64,000 nt of DNA from contig NC_090419.1 in the NCBI RefSeq assembly GCF_036365525.1, forward strand, positions 13,206,001 to 13,270,000. The letters are read 5' to 3'. The position numbers and the translations under genes are program-made. The stretch's first letter is position 1. Every line of letters starts with the position of its first letter. The notes below the pieces were generated by a model, which saw nothing but the letters and a program-made list of their open reading frames with translations, had not been told where the DNA came from and made no database searches. Source of the DNA: Heterodontus francisci (Eukaryota). Below are positions 48,000 to 62,000 of this stretch, one piece after another.

Positions 48000-48155
48000 A
48001 GCACCTCCGACAGTGCGGCGCTCCCTCAGTACTGACCCTCTGACAGTGCGGCGCTCCCTCAGTACTGACCCTCCGAAAGTGCGGCGCTCCCTCAGTACTG
48101 ACCCTCCGAAAGTGCGGTGCTCCCTCAGTACTGACACACCGAGAGTGCAGTGCTC
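48000..48155. repeat. 33-bp tandem repeat derived from a dispersed SINE-like segment
   Basis: About four copies of cagtgcggcgctccctcagtactgaccctccga. Single related copies occur near 840, 27820, 38205 and 43830. Confidence 0.8.
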
Positions 48156-48159
48156 AGAA

Positions 48160-49562
48160 TTACAAAATAATACAGTGCAGAAGAGGCCCTTCGGCCCATC
48201 GAGTCTGCACCGATGCATTAAAGTCATCTGACCTGTCTACCTAATCCCATTTGCCAGCACTTGGCCCATAGCCTTGAATGTTATGACGTGCCAAGTGCTC
48301 ATCCAGGTACTTTTTAAAGGATGTGAGGCAACCTGCCTCTACCACCCTCCCAGGCAGTGCATTCCAGACTGTCACCACCCTCTGGGTAAAAAAGTTCTCC
48401 CTCAAATCCCCCTTAAACCTCCTGCCCCTCACCTTGAACTTGTGTCCCCTCGTAACTGACCCTTAAACTAAGGGGAACAGCTGCTCCCTATCCACCCTGT
48501 CCATGCCCCTCATAATCTTGTACACCTCGATCAGGTCACCCCTCAAGTCTTCTCTGCTCCAGCAAAAACAACCCAAGCCTATCCAACCTCTCTTCATAGC
48601 TTAAATGTTCCAGCCCAGGCAACATCCTGGTGAATCGCCTCTGCACCCCCTCCAGTGCAATCACATCCTTCCTATAATGTGGCCACCAGAATTTCACACA
48701 TTACTCCAGCTGTGGCCTTACTAAAGTTCTATACAACTCCAATATGACCTCCCTGCTTTTGTAATCTATGCATCGATTGATAAAGGCAAGTGTCCCATAT
48801 GCCATTTTCACCAACGTATTAACCTGCCCTTCTGCCTTCAGAGATCTATGGACAAACACGCCAAGGTCCCTTTGTTCCTCGGAACTTCCCAGTGTCAGGC
48901 CATTCATTGAATACTTCCGTGTCACATTACTCCTTCCAAAGTGTATCACCTCACACTTTTCAGGGTTAAATTCCATCTGCTACTTTTCTGCCCATTTGAC
49001 CATCCCGTCTATATCTTCCTGTAACCCAAGACACTCAACCTGACTGTGAACCACTCGGCCAATCTTTGTGTCATCCACGAACTTACTGATCCTTCTCTTC
49101 TCTGACCTCCTTATCTCGAGAGACAATGGGTAAGTGCCTGGAGGTGGTCAGTGGTGTGTGGAACAGCGCCTGGAGTGGCTATAAAGTCCAATTCTAGAGT
49201 GACAGGCTCTTCCACAGGTGCTGCAGAAAAATTTGTTTGTCGGGGCTGTTACACAGTTGGCTCTCCCCTTGCGCTTCTGTCTTTTTTCCTGCCAACTGCT
49301 GGTCTTATTGATCAACTTACTGATCCTACCCCCCACATAATCATCTATGTCGTTTATATAAATGACAAACAATAGGGGACCCAGCACAGATCCCTGTGGT
49401 ACACCACTGGACACTGGCTTCCAGTCACTAAAACAGCCGTCTGTCATCACTCTCTATCTCCTACAGCTAAACCAATTTTGAATCCACCTTTATCAAGTGA
49501 CCCTGTATCCCATGCGCATTTGCTTGCTTGATAAGTCTCCCACGTGGGACCTTGTCAAAGGC
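48160..49562 (-). mobile_element. CR1 LINE 3' ~1.2 kb (RT C-terminal half) in TSR2 intron 1
   Basis: SGVPQGSVLGPLLFVIYIND, MEFNPEKCEVIHFG, LYRTLVRPQLE, NFFTQRVVTVWNALP. Confidence 0.9.
49094..49313 (-). mobile_element. Short RTE-like LINE 3' end nested in the CR1
   Basis: Encodes CSTCGRACHSRIGLYSHSRRC. A 14-bp TSD AACTTACTGATCCT lies at 49080-49093 and 49314-49327. Confidence 0.75.
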
Positions 49563-49868
49563 CGTGATTATAGCCTCCGCCCGACTACCTTACACCTCAG
49601 AGGGGGAAGAACACGACCGGCGAAGCCACGACAGACACTGGTGGTGGGGGGGGGGGGGGGGGGAGGAGGGGGACAAGAGAGAGCATGCCAGGGAGTCAAG
49701 CCTCGCTACTCCATCCTCAAGCCACTGTAACAAAGAAAGAGATCATCTGCTCCATTGCTGGCTGTGGGATCTTGCTGTGCACTCAGGCACGCCCAAGAAA
49801 GTCACCAGCCAAACACCCCAGAGCAGTGACCCACACCCCACACACACTTCCTGATAACTGCAGTGCTC

Positions 49869-49949
49869 TGACGTCACTTCCGGACAGGCGGCCAAGCTAC
49901 GGGTGCCAACACGTCACTTCCGGTGAGGTCGCCTGCGCGCCGCCATCTT
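49869..49949. promoter_or_regulatory. CRE-ETS composite x2 plus YY1 motif at the 5' end of TSR2 intron 1
   Basis: TGACGTCACTTCCGG (49869-49883), CACGTCACTTCCGG (49910-49923) and CGCCATCTT (49941-49949) in CpG-rich DNA. Confidence 0.6.
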
Positions 49950-50092
49950 CTTTCGGATCACATTTTTCTCTCTTTCTCCCCCCCCCCCCATTCCCCACAC
50001 AGTTTGGGGCTTCGTCTTGCTTTCGACCGCGCCCGCCCTCTCCTCCCCGTTAATCCGCGCTCAGTGAGTTGTTTTTTTTTTTCTCTTTTCAC

Positions 50093-50173
50093 CTGCAAGG
50101 CGGGCCAGGCCTCCAGGGCGCTTCGGACGGCCTCGGCAAACAGCAGACGGGCCTGCTCCTTCAACGCCGCCAT
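50093..50173 (-). CDS. TSR2: TSR2 exon 1 (pre-rRNA-processing protein TSR2 homolog)
   Basis: GCCATGG Kozak context; MAALKEQARLLFAEAVRSALEAWPALQ|GTGAAA. The summed CDS is 573 nt = 190 aa plus stop. Confidence 0.95.
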
Positions 50174-53064
50174 GGCATTTCCCCGAGCATGCGCACAGAG
50201 CACCGCCTCCCGAAAGGGGGCGGGGAGAGGAGTGCCGAGCATGCGCGGTGGCGGCGGCCCGACAGCTGAGCGAGGAGGAGTTCCTTCCTGAGTGGCCAGA
50301 CTTGCCCCCAATTTTAACCACCACTCCTCCCTTTCCCCGTACAAGGGCTCCACCGCTGCCGCCCTCCAGCGTTCAGGAGGAGTTCCTTCCCCAGTGGCCA
50401 GACTTGCCCCCAATTTTAACCACCATTCCTCCTAAAGGCACTACCTTTTCTCTTTTAATGGGTTTTTGGGATTCTTAAGTTACCTGCTGCACCGGCCCTC
50501 CCCGTCAGAGCCCCGACAGTGAATCGTAGGGCGATGCGGCGCAGAAGGAGGCCATTGGGCCCATTGCGGCTGTGCTGCCTCTTCAGCAGAGCTATCCAAT
50601 TAGTCCCACTCCCCTCTCTTTCTCCAGAGCGCTGTAATTTTTTTTTTCTTCAGTGTTCAGATTCCCGCCATGGCCTCGCATCCCCCCCGCCATATCTCGG
50701 TAACCACCTCCAGCCTCTACAACCCTCCGAGATCTCTGCGCTCCTCCACTTGCGCATCTCCTGGATTCCCATCGCTCCACCATAGGCAGCCGTGACTTCA
50801 GCTGCCTGGAGCCCTCAGCTCTGGAACCACCTCCCTAAACCTCTTCACTTCTCTCTCTCTCTCCTCCTTTAAGACGCTCCTCAAAACCTGTCTACATGTC
50901 CTAATATCTGCTCGGTGGGGTATTTTGTCTCACTCGCACTGCTGTGAAGCAGCTTAGGACGTTTTACTACATTTAAGGCGGTATATAGGTGCAAACTGTT
51001 GCCCTGATAGTGAATCACGACGACATCACAACCCAGACGGCACCTTCCCTCGCCCGACACCCACACGTTCCCCCTTTCCAGTAGGAATTTGTTGCACTAG
51101 TCTCTGTGGAATTCCCGCAGCGATGTGGGGCTTTTTGGGAGGGCATTGCTCCCCAACATATGCCCAGCTGCTAGTGTGGAGGGGGGGGAGCCGCTTGCTA
51201 CTGTGGGCTGGGGTCGCCAAAATTGAAGCTACTGGCTTTTACTTAATGCTGGCAGACCTCCCGTGGCATTGCTCTTGGTTAGTAGGAGGGATGCGCTGCT
51301 TGATAAGGAGAGGATCGTTACTCTACGTTTACTATCATGGAGCCGACTCTGCTACATATTATCGCCCGGCAAGTTTGTCCTCGTTATTGTACTCTGGGAA
51401 TTGCATTGTGATATTGCTATATCCCAGTTTTTTGTCAAGCGTAAGCTTGTCATGGTTACTTAGCTCTGGATTTCCCTTTCTAAACCTCTCTGCCTCTCTC
51501 TCCTCCTTGAAGACGCTCCTTAAAACCAGTCGCAAATTTTTTACTGTTCCTGTGCAGCACCTTTAGACATTCTACTACATTAAGAGCACTATTTACACAC
51601 AACTTGCTGTTATTACTGGGAGCAAGACCCTCAAATCCTATCTGCTCTGTACCAAATCTCAAGTTCCCTCGGGGACCCAAAGTAGAGATCCCCAAACCCC
51701 CACCCAACCCTTGGGCCTGTGCCCTAGTGCTGAGTCCCCGTTGGGCCCCATGCCTCCGAACCTGGGACCCACGCACCAGTATCGAGAACCCCTCGGCTTG
51801 GGCTCCATTCAATGTAGCTTTCCCAATTTCCACTGATGGAATAGGGCCTGTCTGCCCTTATTTCATGTTAATTCAGTGAGCTGTGTGGTGTCCAAATGCG
51901 AGACCTTTTCTACCCCCCGCCACCAGCTTCTACCTTCGAGAGATGCATCGAGATGTGGTGTACAGCCCTGGAAGCCCAACATGCAACGCTTGACCAACCT
52001 TGGGACGTTATCCAGAAGCCAACTGATGTGACACTTGACAGACCCCCAAGCAGCCACCTTGACCGAAGAAATCTGGGCCTACCCTGCTAGGCCCAGTGCC
52101 TGCTGCAAGGAGGCCTGGCCCCGAATGCTCCTCACTCATTATCGAGATTCGTCTCCCCGTCCCTTAACCTGCCTCTAATGTCAACGTCCTGTGATTCCAG
52201 GAACTGTGACCCTCATTTTTTTTTAAAAAACACGGGCCACTCGGCCCATCAGTTCCAAGCTGGCGTTTCTACTGCCACATGTGCCCTCTCCCACTTTGCT
52301 GTGGTGGGCAATATTTATTGAAACAACCATTTGGCGTAATAAAACATCCCAAGGGGCTTGACAAGCATGTTATAAAGCAATATTTGACACCTGGCCACTC
52401 AAGGAAATATTAGGGACAGATGACCCAAAGCTCGGTCAAAGAGGTTGGTTTTAAGAAGCGTCTTAAAGGAGGAGAGAGAGAGGCGGAGAGCTTGAGGGAG
52501 GGAATTCCAGAGCTAAGGGACCCAGCCAGCTGAAGGCACAGCCACCAATGGTGGAGCAATGGGAATCGGGGGATGTTCAAGCGGACGGAATTGGAGGGTG
52601 CAGAGATCTCGGAGGGTTGTAGGGGCTGGAGGAGGTTACAGAGATAGGGAGGGGTATAGGGGCTGGAGGAGATTACAGAGATAGGGAGGGGAATAGCGGA
52701 TGGAGGAGGTTACAGAGATAGGGAGGAGAGAGGTATTTGTAAAACCTCTATTCCTTTAGTCTTAAGAATTCAACCAGCTTCCTTTAAATGCATATAAGCT
52801 TATCATTTCAACCAGAGGGTGCAACCCACAAAGTTGCCTTGGGAGGCTGCCACCCCCATCCTCCCCCCTCCTCTCCCCGACCACACCTGCAAGATTTGAG
52901 ACCTTGCTGCCCTTCCCACCAATAAAATTAGGTTTGGCAGCAGAGTTTTCAAAATGAACCAGTTTCAAACCGTGTGTTCTGTTACATCACAGATACATAA
53001 TTGAGTTTCCATGTGATGTCACAACCACATGCTCTTGTGTTTTAGCTGTTGCAGACAAGATACT

Positions 53065-56000
53065 GGGAGATACCCGGGAGTGAGGTACGCTCTGAAATCG
53101 AATCGAGGGGTTCGACTGGTTTATATATAGAATAACAGATACCCGGGAGTGAGTTACAGACTGGAATCTAATCGAGGGGTTCGGGGGTTTATATATAGAA
53201 TAACAGATACCCGGGAGTGAGTTACAGACTGGAATCTAATCGAGGGGTTCGGGGGTTTATATATAGAATAACAGATACCCGGGAGTGAGTTACAGACTGG
53301 AATCTAATCGAGGGGTTCGGGGGTTTATATATAGAATAACAGATACCCGGGAATCAGTTACAGACTGGAATCTAATCGAGGGGTTCCGGTGCTTTATATA
53401 TAGATTAACAGATACCCGGGAGTGAGTTACAGACTGGAATCTAATCGAGGGGTTCCGGTGCTTTATAGATAGAATAACAGATACCCGGGAGTGAGTTACA
53501 GACTGGAATCTAATCGGGGTGTTCCGGTGGTTTATAGATAGAATAACAGATACCCGGGAGTGAATTACAGACTGGAATCTAATCGAGGGGTTCGGGGGGT
53601 TTATATATAGAATAACAGATACCAGGGAGTGAGTTGCAGACTGGAATCTAATCGAGGGGTTCAGGGTGTTTATTTTAGAATAACAGATACCCGGGAGTGA
53701 GTTACAGACTGGAATCTAATCGAGGGGTTCAGGGTGTTTATTTTAGAATAACAGATACCCGGGAGTGAGTTACAAACTGGAATCTAATCGAGGGGTTCAG
53801 GGTGGTTTATATATAGAATAACAGATACCAGGGAGTGAGTTGCAGACTGGAATCTAATCGAGGGGTTCAGGGTGTTTATTTTAGAATAACAGATACCCGG
53901 GAGTGAGTTACAAACTGGAATCTAATCGAGGGGTTCAGGGTGGTTTATATATGGAATAACAGATACCTGGGAGTGAGTTACAGACTGGAATTTAATCGAG
54001 GGGTTCCGGGGGGTTTATAGATAGAATAACAGATACCCGGGAGTGAGTTACAGACTGGAATCTAATCGTGGGTATCGGGGGGTTTATCTATAGAATAACA
54101 GATATCCGGGAGTCAGTTACAGACTGGAATCTAGTCGAGGGTTTCGGGGAGTTTATATATAGAATAACAGATGCCCGGGAGTGAGTTACAGACTGGAATC
54201 GAGAGGTTCGGGGGGTTTATATATTGAATAACAGATACCCGGGAGTGAGTTACAGACTGGAATCTAATCGAGGGGTTCCGGTGGTTTATATATAGAATAA
54301 CAGATACCTGAGAGTGTGTTACAGACTGGAATCTCATCAAACGGTTCGGGGGGTTTATATATCGAATAACAGATACCCGTGTGTGAGTTACAGACTGGAA
54401 TTGAGGGGTTCGGGGGGTTTATACGTAGAATAACAGATACCCGGGAGTAAGTTACAGACTGGAATCTAATCGAGGGGTTCGGGGGGGTTTATATATAGAA
54501 TATCAGATACCAGGGAGTGAGTTACAGGCTGGATTCTAATCGAGGGGTTTGTGTAGTTTATGTATAGAATAACAGATACCAGGGACAAAAACAAGAAATG
54601 CTGGAATCACTCAGCAGGTCTGGCAGCATCTGTGGAAAGAGAAGCAGAGTTAAAGTTTCGGGACAGTGACCCTTCTTCGGATTTTGTTTCAGATTTCCAG
54701 CATCCGCAGTATTTTGCTTTTATTAACAGATACCAGGGAGTGAGTTACAGACTGGAATCTAATCGAGGGGTTCAGGGTGTTTATTTTAGAATAACAGATA
54801 CCCGGGAGTGAGTTACAGACCGGAATCGAGGGGCTCGGGGGGTTTATACGTAGAATAACAGATGTCTGGGAATCAGTTACAGACTGGAATCTAATCAAGG
54901 GTTTCAGCTGGTTTATAGATAGAATAACAGATACCGGGTAGTGAGTTACATACTGGAATCTAATCGAGGGGTTCAGGGTGTTTATTTTAGAATAACAGAT
55001 ACCCGGGAGTGAGTTACAGACTGGAATCTAATCGTGGGTTTCGGAGGGTTTATATATAGAATAACAGATACCCGGGAGTGAGTTACAAACTTGAATCTAA
55101 TCGGGGTGTTCCGGTGGTTTATATATAGAATAACAGATTCCCGGGAGTGAATTACAGACTGGAATCTAATCGAGGGGTTTGTGTAGTTTATATACAGAAT
55201 AACAGATACCAGGGAGTGAGTTACAAACTGGAATCTAATCGAGGAGTTCAGGGTGGTTTATATATAGAATAACAGATACCCGGGAGTGAGTTACAGACTG
55301 GAATCTAATCGAGGGGTTCGGGGGTTTATATATAGAATAACAGATACCCGGGAGTGAGTTGCAGACTGGAATCTAATCGAGGGGTTCGGGGGTTTATATA
55401 TAGAATAACAGATGCCCGGGTGTGAGTTACAGACTGGAATCTAATCGTGGGTATCGGGGGGTTTATCTATAGAATAACAGATATCCGGGAGTCAGTTACA
55501 GACTGGAATCTAGTCGAGGGTTTCGGGGAGTTTATATATAGAATAACAGATGCCCGGGAGTGAGTTACAGACTGGAATCGAGAGGTTCGGGGGGTTTATA
55601 TATTGAATAACAGATACCCGGGAGTGAGTTACAGACTGGAATCTAATCGAGGGGTTCGGGGGGTTTATATATAGAATAACAGATACCCGGGAGTGAGTTA
55701 CAGACTGGAATCTCATCAAGGGGTTCGGGGGGTTTATATATAGAATAACAGATACCCGGGAGTGAGTTACAGACTGGAATCTCATCAAGGGGTTCGGGGG
55801 GTTTATATATAGAATAACAGATACCCGGGAGTGAGTTACAGACTGGAATCTAATCGAGGGGTTCGGGGGGTTTATATATAGAATAACAGATACCCGGGAG
55901 TGAGTTACAGACTGGAATCTCATCAAGGGGTTCGGGGGGTTTATATATAGAATAACAGATACCCGGGAGTGAGTTACAGACTGGAATCTAATCGAGGGGT

Positions 56001-59000
56001 TCGGGGGGTTTATATATAGAATAACAGATACCCGGGAGTGAGTTACAGACTGGAATCTAATCGAGGGGTTCGGGGGGTTTATATATAGAATAACAGATAT
56101 CCGGGAGTGAGTTACAGACTGGAATCGATGGGTTCGGGGTGTTTATACGTAGAATAACAGATGCCCGGGAGTGAGTTACAGACTGGAATCGAGAGGTTCG
56201 GGGGGTTTATATATAGAATAACAGATACCTGGGAGTGAGTTACAGATGGAACCTAATGGGAGGGTTCGGGGGGGTTTATCTACAGAATAACAGAAACCCG
56301 GGTGTGAGTTACAGACTGGAATCTAATCGAGGGCTTCAGGGTGTTTATTTTCGAATAACAGATACCCGGGAGTGAGTTACAAACTGGAATCTAATCGAGG
56401 GGTTCGGGGGTTTATATATAGAATAACAGATACCCGGGAGTGAGTTGCAGACTGAAATCTAATCGAGGGGTTCGTGGGGTTTATCGATAGAGTAACAGAT
56501 ACCGGAAGTGAGTTACAGACTGGAATCTAATCGAGGAATTTAGGGTGTTTATTTTAGAGTAACGGATACCCGGGAGTGAGTTGCAGACTGGAATCTAATC
56601 GTGGGTTTTGTGTCGTTTATGGATAGAATAACAGATATCTGGGAGTATGTTACAGATGGAATCGAATGGGAGGGTTCAAGGGGGTTATGTATAGAATAAC
56701 AGATACCCGGGAGTGAGTTGCAGACTGGAATCTAATCGAGGGGTTCAGGGTGTTTATTTTAGAATAACGGATACCCGGGAGTGAGTTGCAGACTGGAATC
56801 TAATAGTGGGTTTTGGGTCGTTTATATATAGAATAACAGATACCCGGGAGTGTGTTACAGACTGGAATCTAATCGAGGGGTTCAGGGTGGTTTATATAGA
56901 GAAGAACAGATACCCGGGAGTGAGTTACAGACTGGAATCTAATCGAGAGGTTCAGGGTGGTTTATATATAGAAGAACAGATACCCGGGAGTGAGTTGCAG
57001 ACTGGAATCTAATCGAGGGGTTCAGGGTGTTTATTTTAGAATAACGGATACCCGGGAGTGAGTTGCAGACTGGAATCTAATAGTGGGTTTTGGGTCGTTT
57101 ATATATAGAATAACAGATAGCCGGGAGTGTGTTACAGACTGGAATCTAATCGAGGGGTTCAGGGTGGTTTATATAGAGAAGAACAGATACCCGGGAGTGA
57201 GTTACAGACTGGAATCTAATCGAGAGGTTCAGGGTGGTTTATATATAGAAGAACAGATACCCGGGAGTGAGTTGCAGACTGGAATCTAATCGAGAGGTTC
57301 AGGGTGGTTTATATATAGAAGAACAGATACCCGGGAGTGAGTTACAGACTGGAATCTAATCGCGGGGTTCAGGGTGTTTATTTTAGAATAACGGATACCC
57401 GGGAGTGAGTTGCAGACTGGAATCTAATAGTGGGTTTTGGGTCGTTTATATATAGAATAACAGATACCCGGGAGTGTGTTACAGACTGGAATCTAATCGA
57501 GGGGTTCAGGGTGGTTTATATAGAGAAGAACAGATACCCGGGAGTGAGTTACAGACTGGAATCTAATCGAGAGGTTCAGGGTGGTTTATATATAGAAGAA
57601 CAGATACCCGGGAGTGAGTTACAGACTGGAATTTAATCGAGGGGTTCGGGTGGTTTATATATAGAATAACAGATACCTGAGGGTGAGTTACAGGCTGGAA
57701 TCTCATCGAGGGGTTCGGGGGTTTATATAGTGAATAACAGATACCCGGGAGTGAGTCACAGACGGGTATATAATCGAGGGGTTTGTGTAGTTTACATATA
57801 GAATAACAGATACCTGGGAGTGAGTTACAGAGAGCAATCTAATCGAGGGGTTTATATCTAGAATAACAGATACCCGTGTGTGAGTTACAGACTGGAATCG
57901 AGGGGTTCGGGGGGTTTATATGTAGAATAACAGATGTCCGGGAGTGAGTTACAGACTGGAATCTAATCGAGGGGTTCGGGGGGTTTATATATAGAATAAC
58001 AGATACCCGGGAGTGAGTTACAGACTGGAATCTAATCGAGGGGTTCGGGGGGTTTATATATAGAATAACAGATACCCGGGAGTGAGTACAGACTGGAATC
58101 TAATCGAGGGGTTCGGTGTGGTTTATATATAGAATAACAGATACCTGAGAGTGAGTTACAGACTGGAAAATTGAGCGTTTCGGGGGGGTTTATACGTAGA
58201 ATAACAGATACCCGTGTGTGAGTTACAGACTGGAATCGAGGGATTCGGGGGGGTTTATACGGAGAATAACAGATACCCGGGAGTCAGTTACAGATGGAAT
58301 CTAATGGGAGGGTTCAAGGGGGTTATGTATTGAATAACAGAAACCCGGGAGTGAGTTACAAGCTGGAACCTAATCGAAGGGTTCGGGGATTTATACATAG
58401 AATAACAGATACCTGGGAGTGAGTTACAGGCTGGAATCGAATCGAGGGGTTCAGGGGGTTTATCGATAGAATAACAGATACCCGGGAGTGAGTTACAGAC
58501 TGGAATCTAATCGAGGGGTTTAGGGTGTTTATTTTAGAATAACGGATACCCGGGAGTGAGTTACAGACTGGAATCTAATCGTGGGTTTTGGGTCGTTTAT
58601 AGATAGAATAACAGATACCCAGGAGTGAGTTCCAAACTGGAATCTAATCGAGGGGTTCGGGGTGTTAATACATGGAATAACAGATACCCGGGAGTGAGTT
58701 ACAAGCTGGAACCTAATCGAAGGGTTCGGGGATTTATATATAGAATAACAGATACCTGGGAGTGAGTTACAGACTGGATTCTAATCGAGGGGTTCAGGGG
58801 TTAATATATAGAATAACAGATACCCGGGAGTGAGTTACAGGCTGTAATCTAATCGAGGGGTTCCGGGTGTGTTTATATATAGAGTAACAGATACCCGGGA
58901 GTGAGTTACAGGCTGGAATCTAATCGAGGGGTTCCGGGTGTGTTTATATATAGAGTAACAGATACCCCAAGTGAGTTACAGACTGGAATCTAATCGAGGT

Positions 59001-62000
59001 GTTTAGGGTGTTTATTTTAGAATAACGGATACCCGGGAGTGAGTTACAGACTGGAATCTAATCGGGGTGTTCCGGTGGTTTATAGATAGAATAACAGATA
59101 CCAGGGAGTGAGTTACAGGCTGGATTCTAATCGAGGGGTTTGAGTAGTTTATATATAGAATAACAGATACCCGGGAGTGAGTTACAGACAGCAATCTAAT
59201 CGAGGGGTTTATATAGAGAATAACAGATACCCGTGTGTGAGTTACAGACTGGAGTCGAGGGGTTTGGGGGGTTTATAGATAGAATAACAGATACCGGGTA
59301 GCGAGTTACAGACTGGAATCTAATCGAGGGGTTTATATAGAGAATAACAGATACCCGTGTGTGAGTTACAGACTGGAATCGAGGGGTTTGGGGGGTTTAT
59401 AGATAGAATAACAGATACCGGGTAGTGAGTTACAGACTGGAATCTAATCGAGGGGTTCGGGGTGGTTTATATATCGAATAACAGATACCTGAGAGTCAGT
59501 TACAGACTGGAATTGTGAGGTTTGGGGGGTTTATACGTAGAATAACAGATACCCGTGTGTGAGTTACAGACTGGACTCGAGAGGTTCGGGGGGTTTATAC
59601 GTAGAATAACAGATACCCGGGAGTCAGTTACAGACTGGAATCTAATCGAGGGGTTCCGGTGCTTTATCGATAGAATAACAGATACCCGGGAGTCAGTTAC
59701 AGACTGGAATCTAATCGGGGTGTTCCGGTGGTTTATAGATAGAATAACAGATACCCGGGAGTGAGTTACAGGCTGGATTCTAATCGAGGGGTTTGTGTAG
59801 TTTATATATAGAATAACAGATACCTGGGAGTGAGTTAGAGACTGGAATCTAATTGAGGGGTTCAGGGTGTTTATTTTAGAATAACAGATACCCGGGAGTG
59901 AGTTGCAGACTGAAATCTAATCGAGAGGTTCGGGGGGGTTTATCGATAGAATAGCAGATACCTGGGAGTGAGTTACAAGCTGGAACCTAATCGAAGGGTT
60001 CGGGGATTTCTATACAGCATAACAGATACCTGGGAGTGAGTTACAGACTGGAATCTAATCGAGGGGTTCAGGGGTTAATATATAGAATAACAGATATCTT
60101 GGAGTGAGTTACAGATGGAATCTAATGGGAGGGTTCAATGGGGGTTATGTATCGAATAACAGATACCCGGGAGTGAGTTACAGGCTGGAATCTAATCGAG
60201 GGGTTCCGGGTGTGTTTATACATAGAGTAACAGATACCCGGAAGTGAGTTACAGACTGGAATCGAGAGGTTCGGGGGGTTTATACGTAGAATAACAGATA
60301 CCCGGGAGTCAGTTACAGACTGGAATCTAATCGAGGGGTTCCGGTGCTTTATCGATAGAATAACAGATACCCGGGAGTCAGTTACAGACTGGAATCTAAT
60401 CGGGGTGTTCCGGTGGTTTATAGATACAATAACAGATACCCGGGAGTGAGTTACAAGCTGGAATCTAATCGAAGGGTTCGGGGATTTATATATAGAATAA
60501 CAGATACCCGGGAGTGAGTTACAGACTGGAACCTAATTGAGGGGTTCGGAGGGTTTATATATAGAATAGCAGATACCCTGGAGTGAGTTAGAAACTGGAA
60601 TCTAATTGAGGGGTTCAGGGGTTAATGTATAGAATCACAGATACCTGGGAGTCAGTTACAGACTGGAATCTAATCGAGGGGTTCCGGTGCTTTATCGATA
60701 GAATAACAGATACCCGGGAGTGAGTTACAAGCTGGAATCTAATCGAGGGGTTCCGGTGCTTTATCGATAGAATAACAGATACCCGGGAGTCAGTTACAGA
60801 CTGGAAACTAATTGAGGGGTTCGGAGAGTTTATATATAGAATAGCAGATACCCTGGAGTGAGTTAGAAACTGGAATCTAATTGAGGGGTTCAGGGGTTAA
60901 TGTATAGAATCACAGATACCTGGGAGTGAGTTACAGACTGGAATCTAATCGAGAGGTTCGTGGGGGTTTATATATAGAATAACAGATACCCGGGAGTGAG
61001 TTACAGACTGGAATGTAATCGTGGGTTTTGGGTCGTTTATAGATGGAATAACAGATACCCGGGAGTGAGTTACAAACTGCAATCTAATCGAGGGGTTTGG
61101 GGGGTTTATAGATAGAATAACAGATACCGGGTAGTGAGTTACAGACTGGAATCTAATTGAAGGGTTCGGGGTGGTTTCTCTATAGAATAACAGATACCTG
61201 AGAGTGAGCTACAGACTGGAATTGTGAGGTTTGGGGGGTTTAAACGTAGAATAACAGATACCCGGGAGTCAGTTACAGGCTGGATTCTAATCGAGGGGTT
61301 TGTGTAGTTTATATATAGAATAACAGATACCCGGGAGTCAGTTACAGACTGGAATCTAATCGAGGGGTTCAGGGTGTTTATTTTAGAATAACAGATACCC
61401 GGGAGTGAGTTACAGGCTGGATTCTAATCGAGGGGTTTGTGTAGTTTATATATAGAATAACAGATAACTGGGAGTGAGTTACAGACTGGAATCTAATTGA
61501 GGGGTTCAGGGTGTTTATTTTAGAATAACAGATACCCGGGAGTGAGTTGCAGACTGAAATCTAATCGAGATGTTCGGGGGGGTTTATCGATAGAATAGCA
61601 GATACCCGGGGTTGAGTTACAGGCTGGAATCTAATCGAGGGGTTCCGGGTGTGTTTATATGTAGAGTAACAGATACCGGAAGTGAGTTACAGACTGGAAT
61701 CTAATCGAGGGGTTTAGGGAGTTTATTTTAGAATAACGGATACCTGGGAGTGAGTTACAGACTGGAATCTAATCGTGGGTTTTGGGTCGTTTATAGATAG
61801 AATAACAGATACCCGGGAGTGAGTTACAGACTGGAAACTAATTGAGGGGTTCGGAGGGTTTATATATAGAATAACAGATACCCTGGAGTGAGTTACAGAC
61901 TGGAATCTAATTGAGGGGTTCAGGGGTTAATATATAGAATAACAGATCCCCGGGAGTGAGTTACAGACTGGAATCTAATCGAGAGGTTCGTGGGGGTTTA

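Noticed and set aside
51123-52090. Several 60-150-aa ORFs upstream of TSR2
   Set aside because: No recognisable domains or consistent splice structure, and they are interspersed with L2-like repeat fragments.
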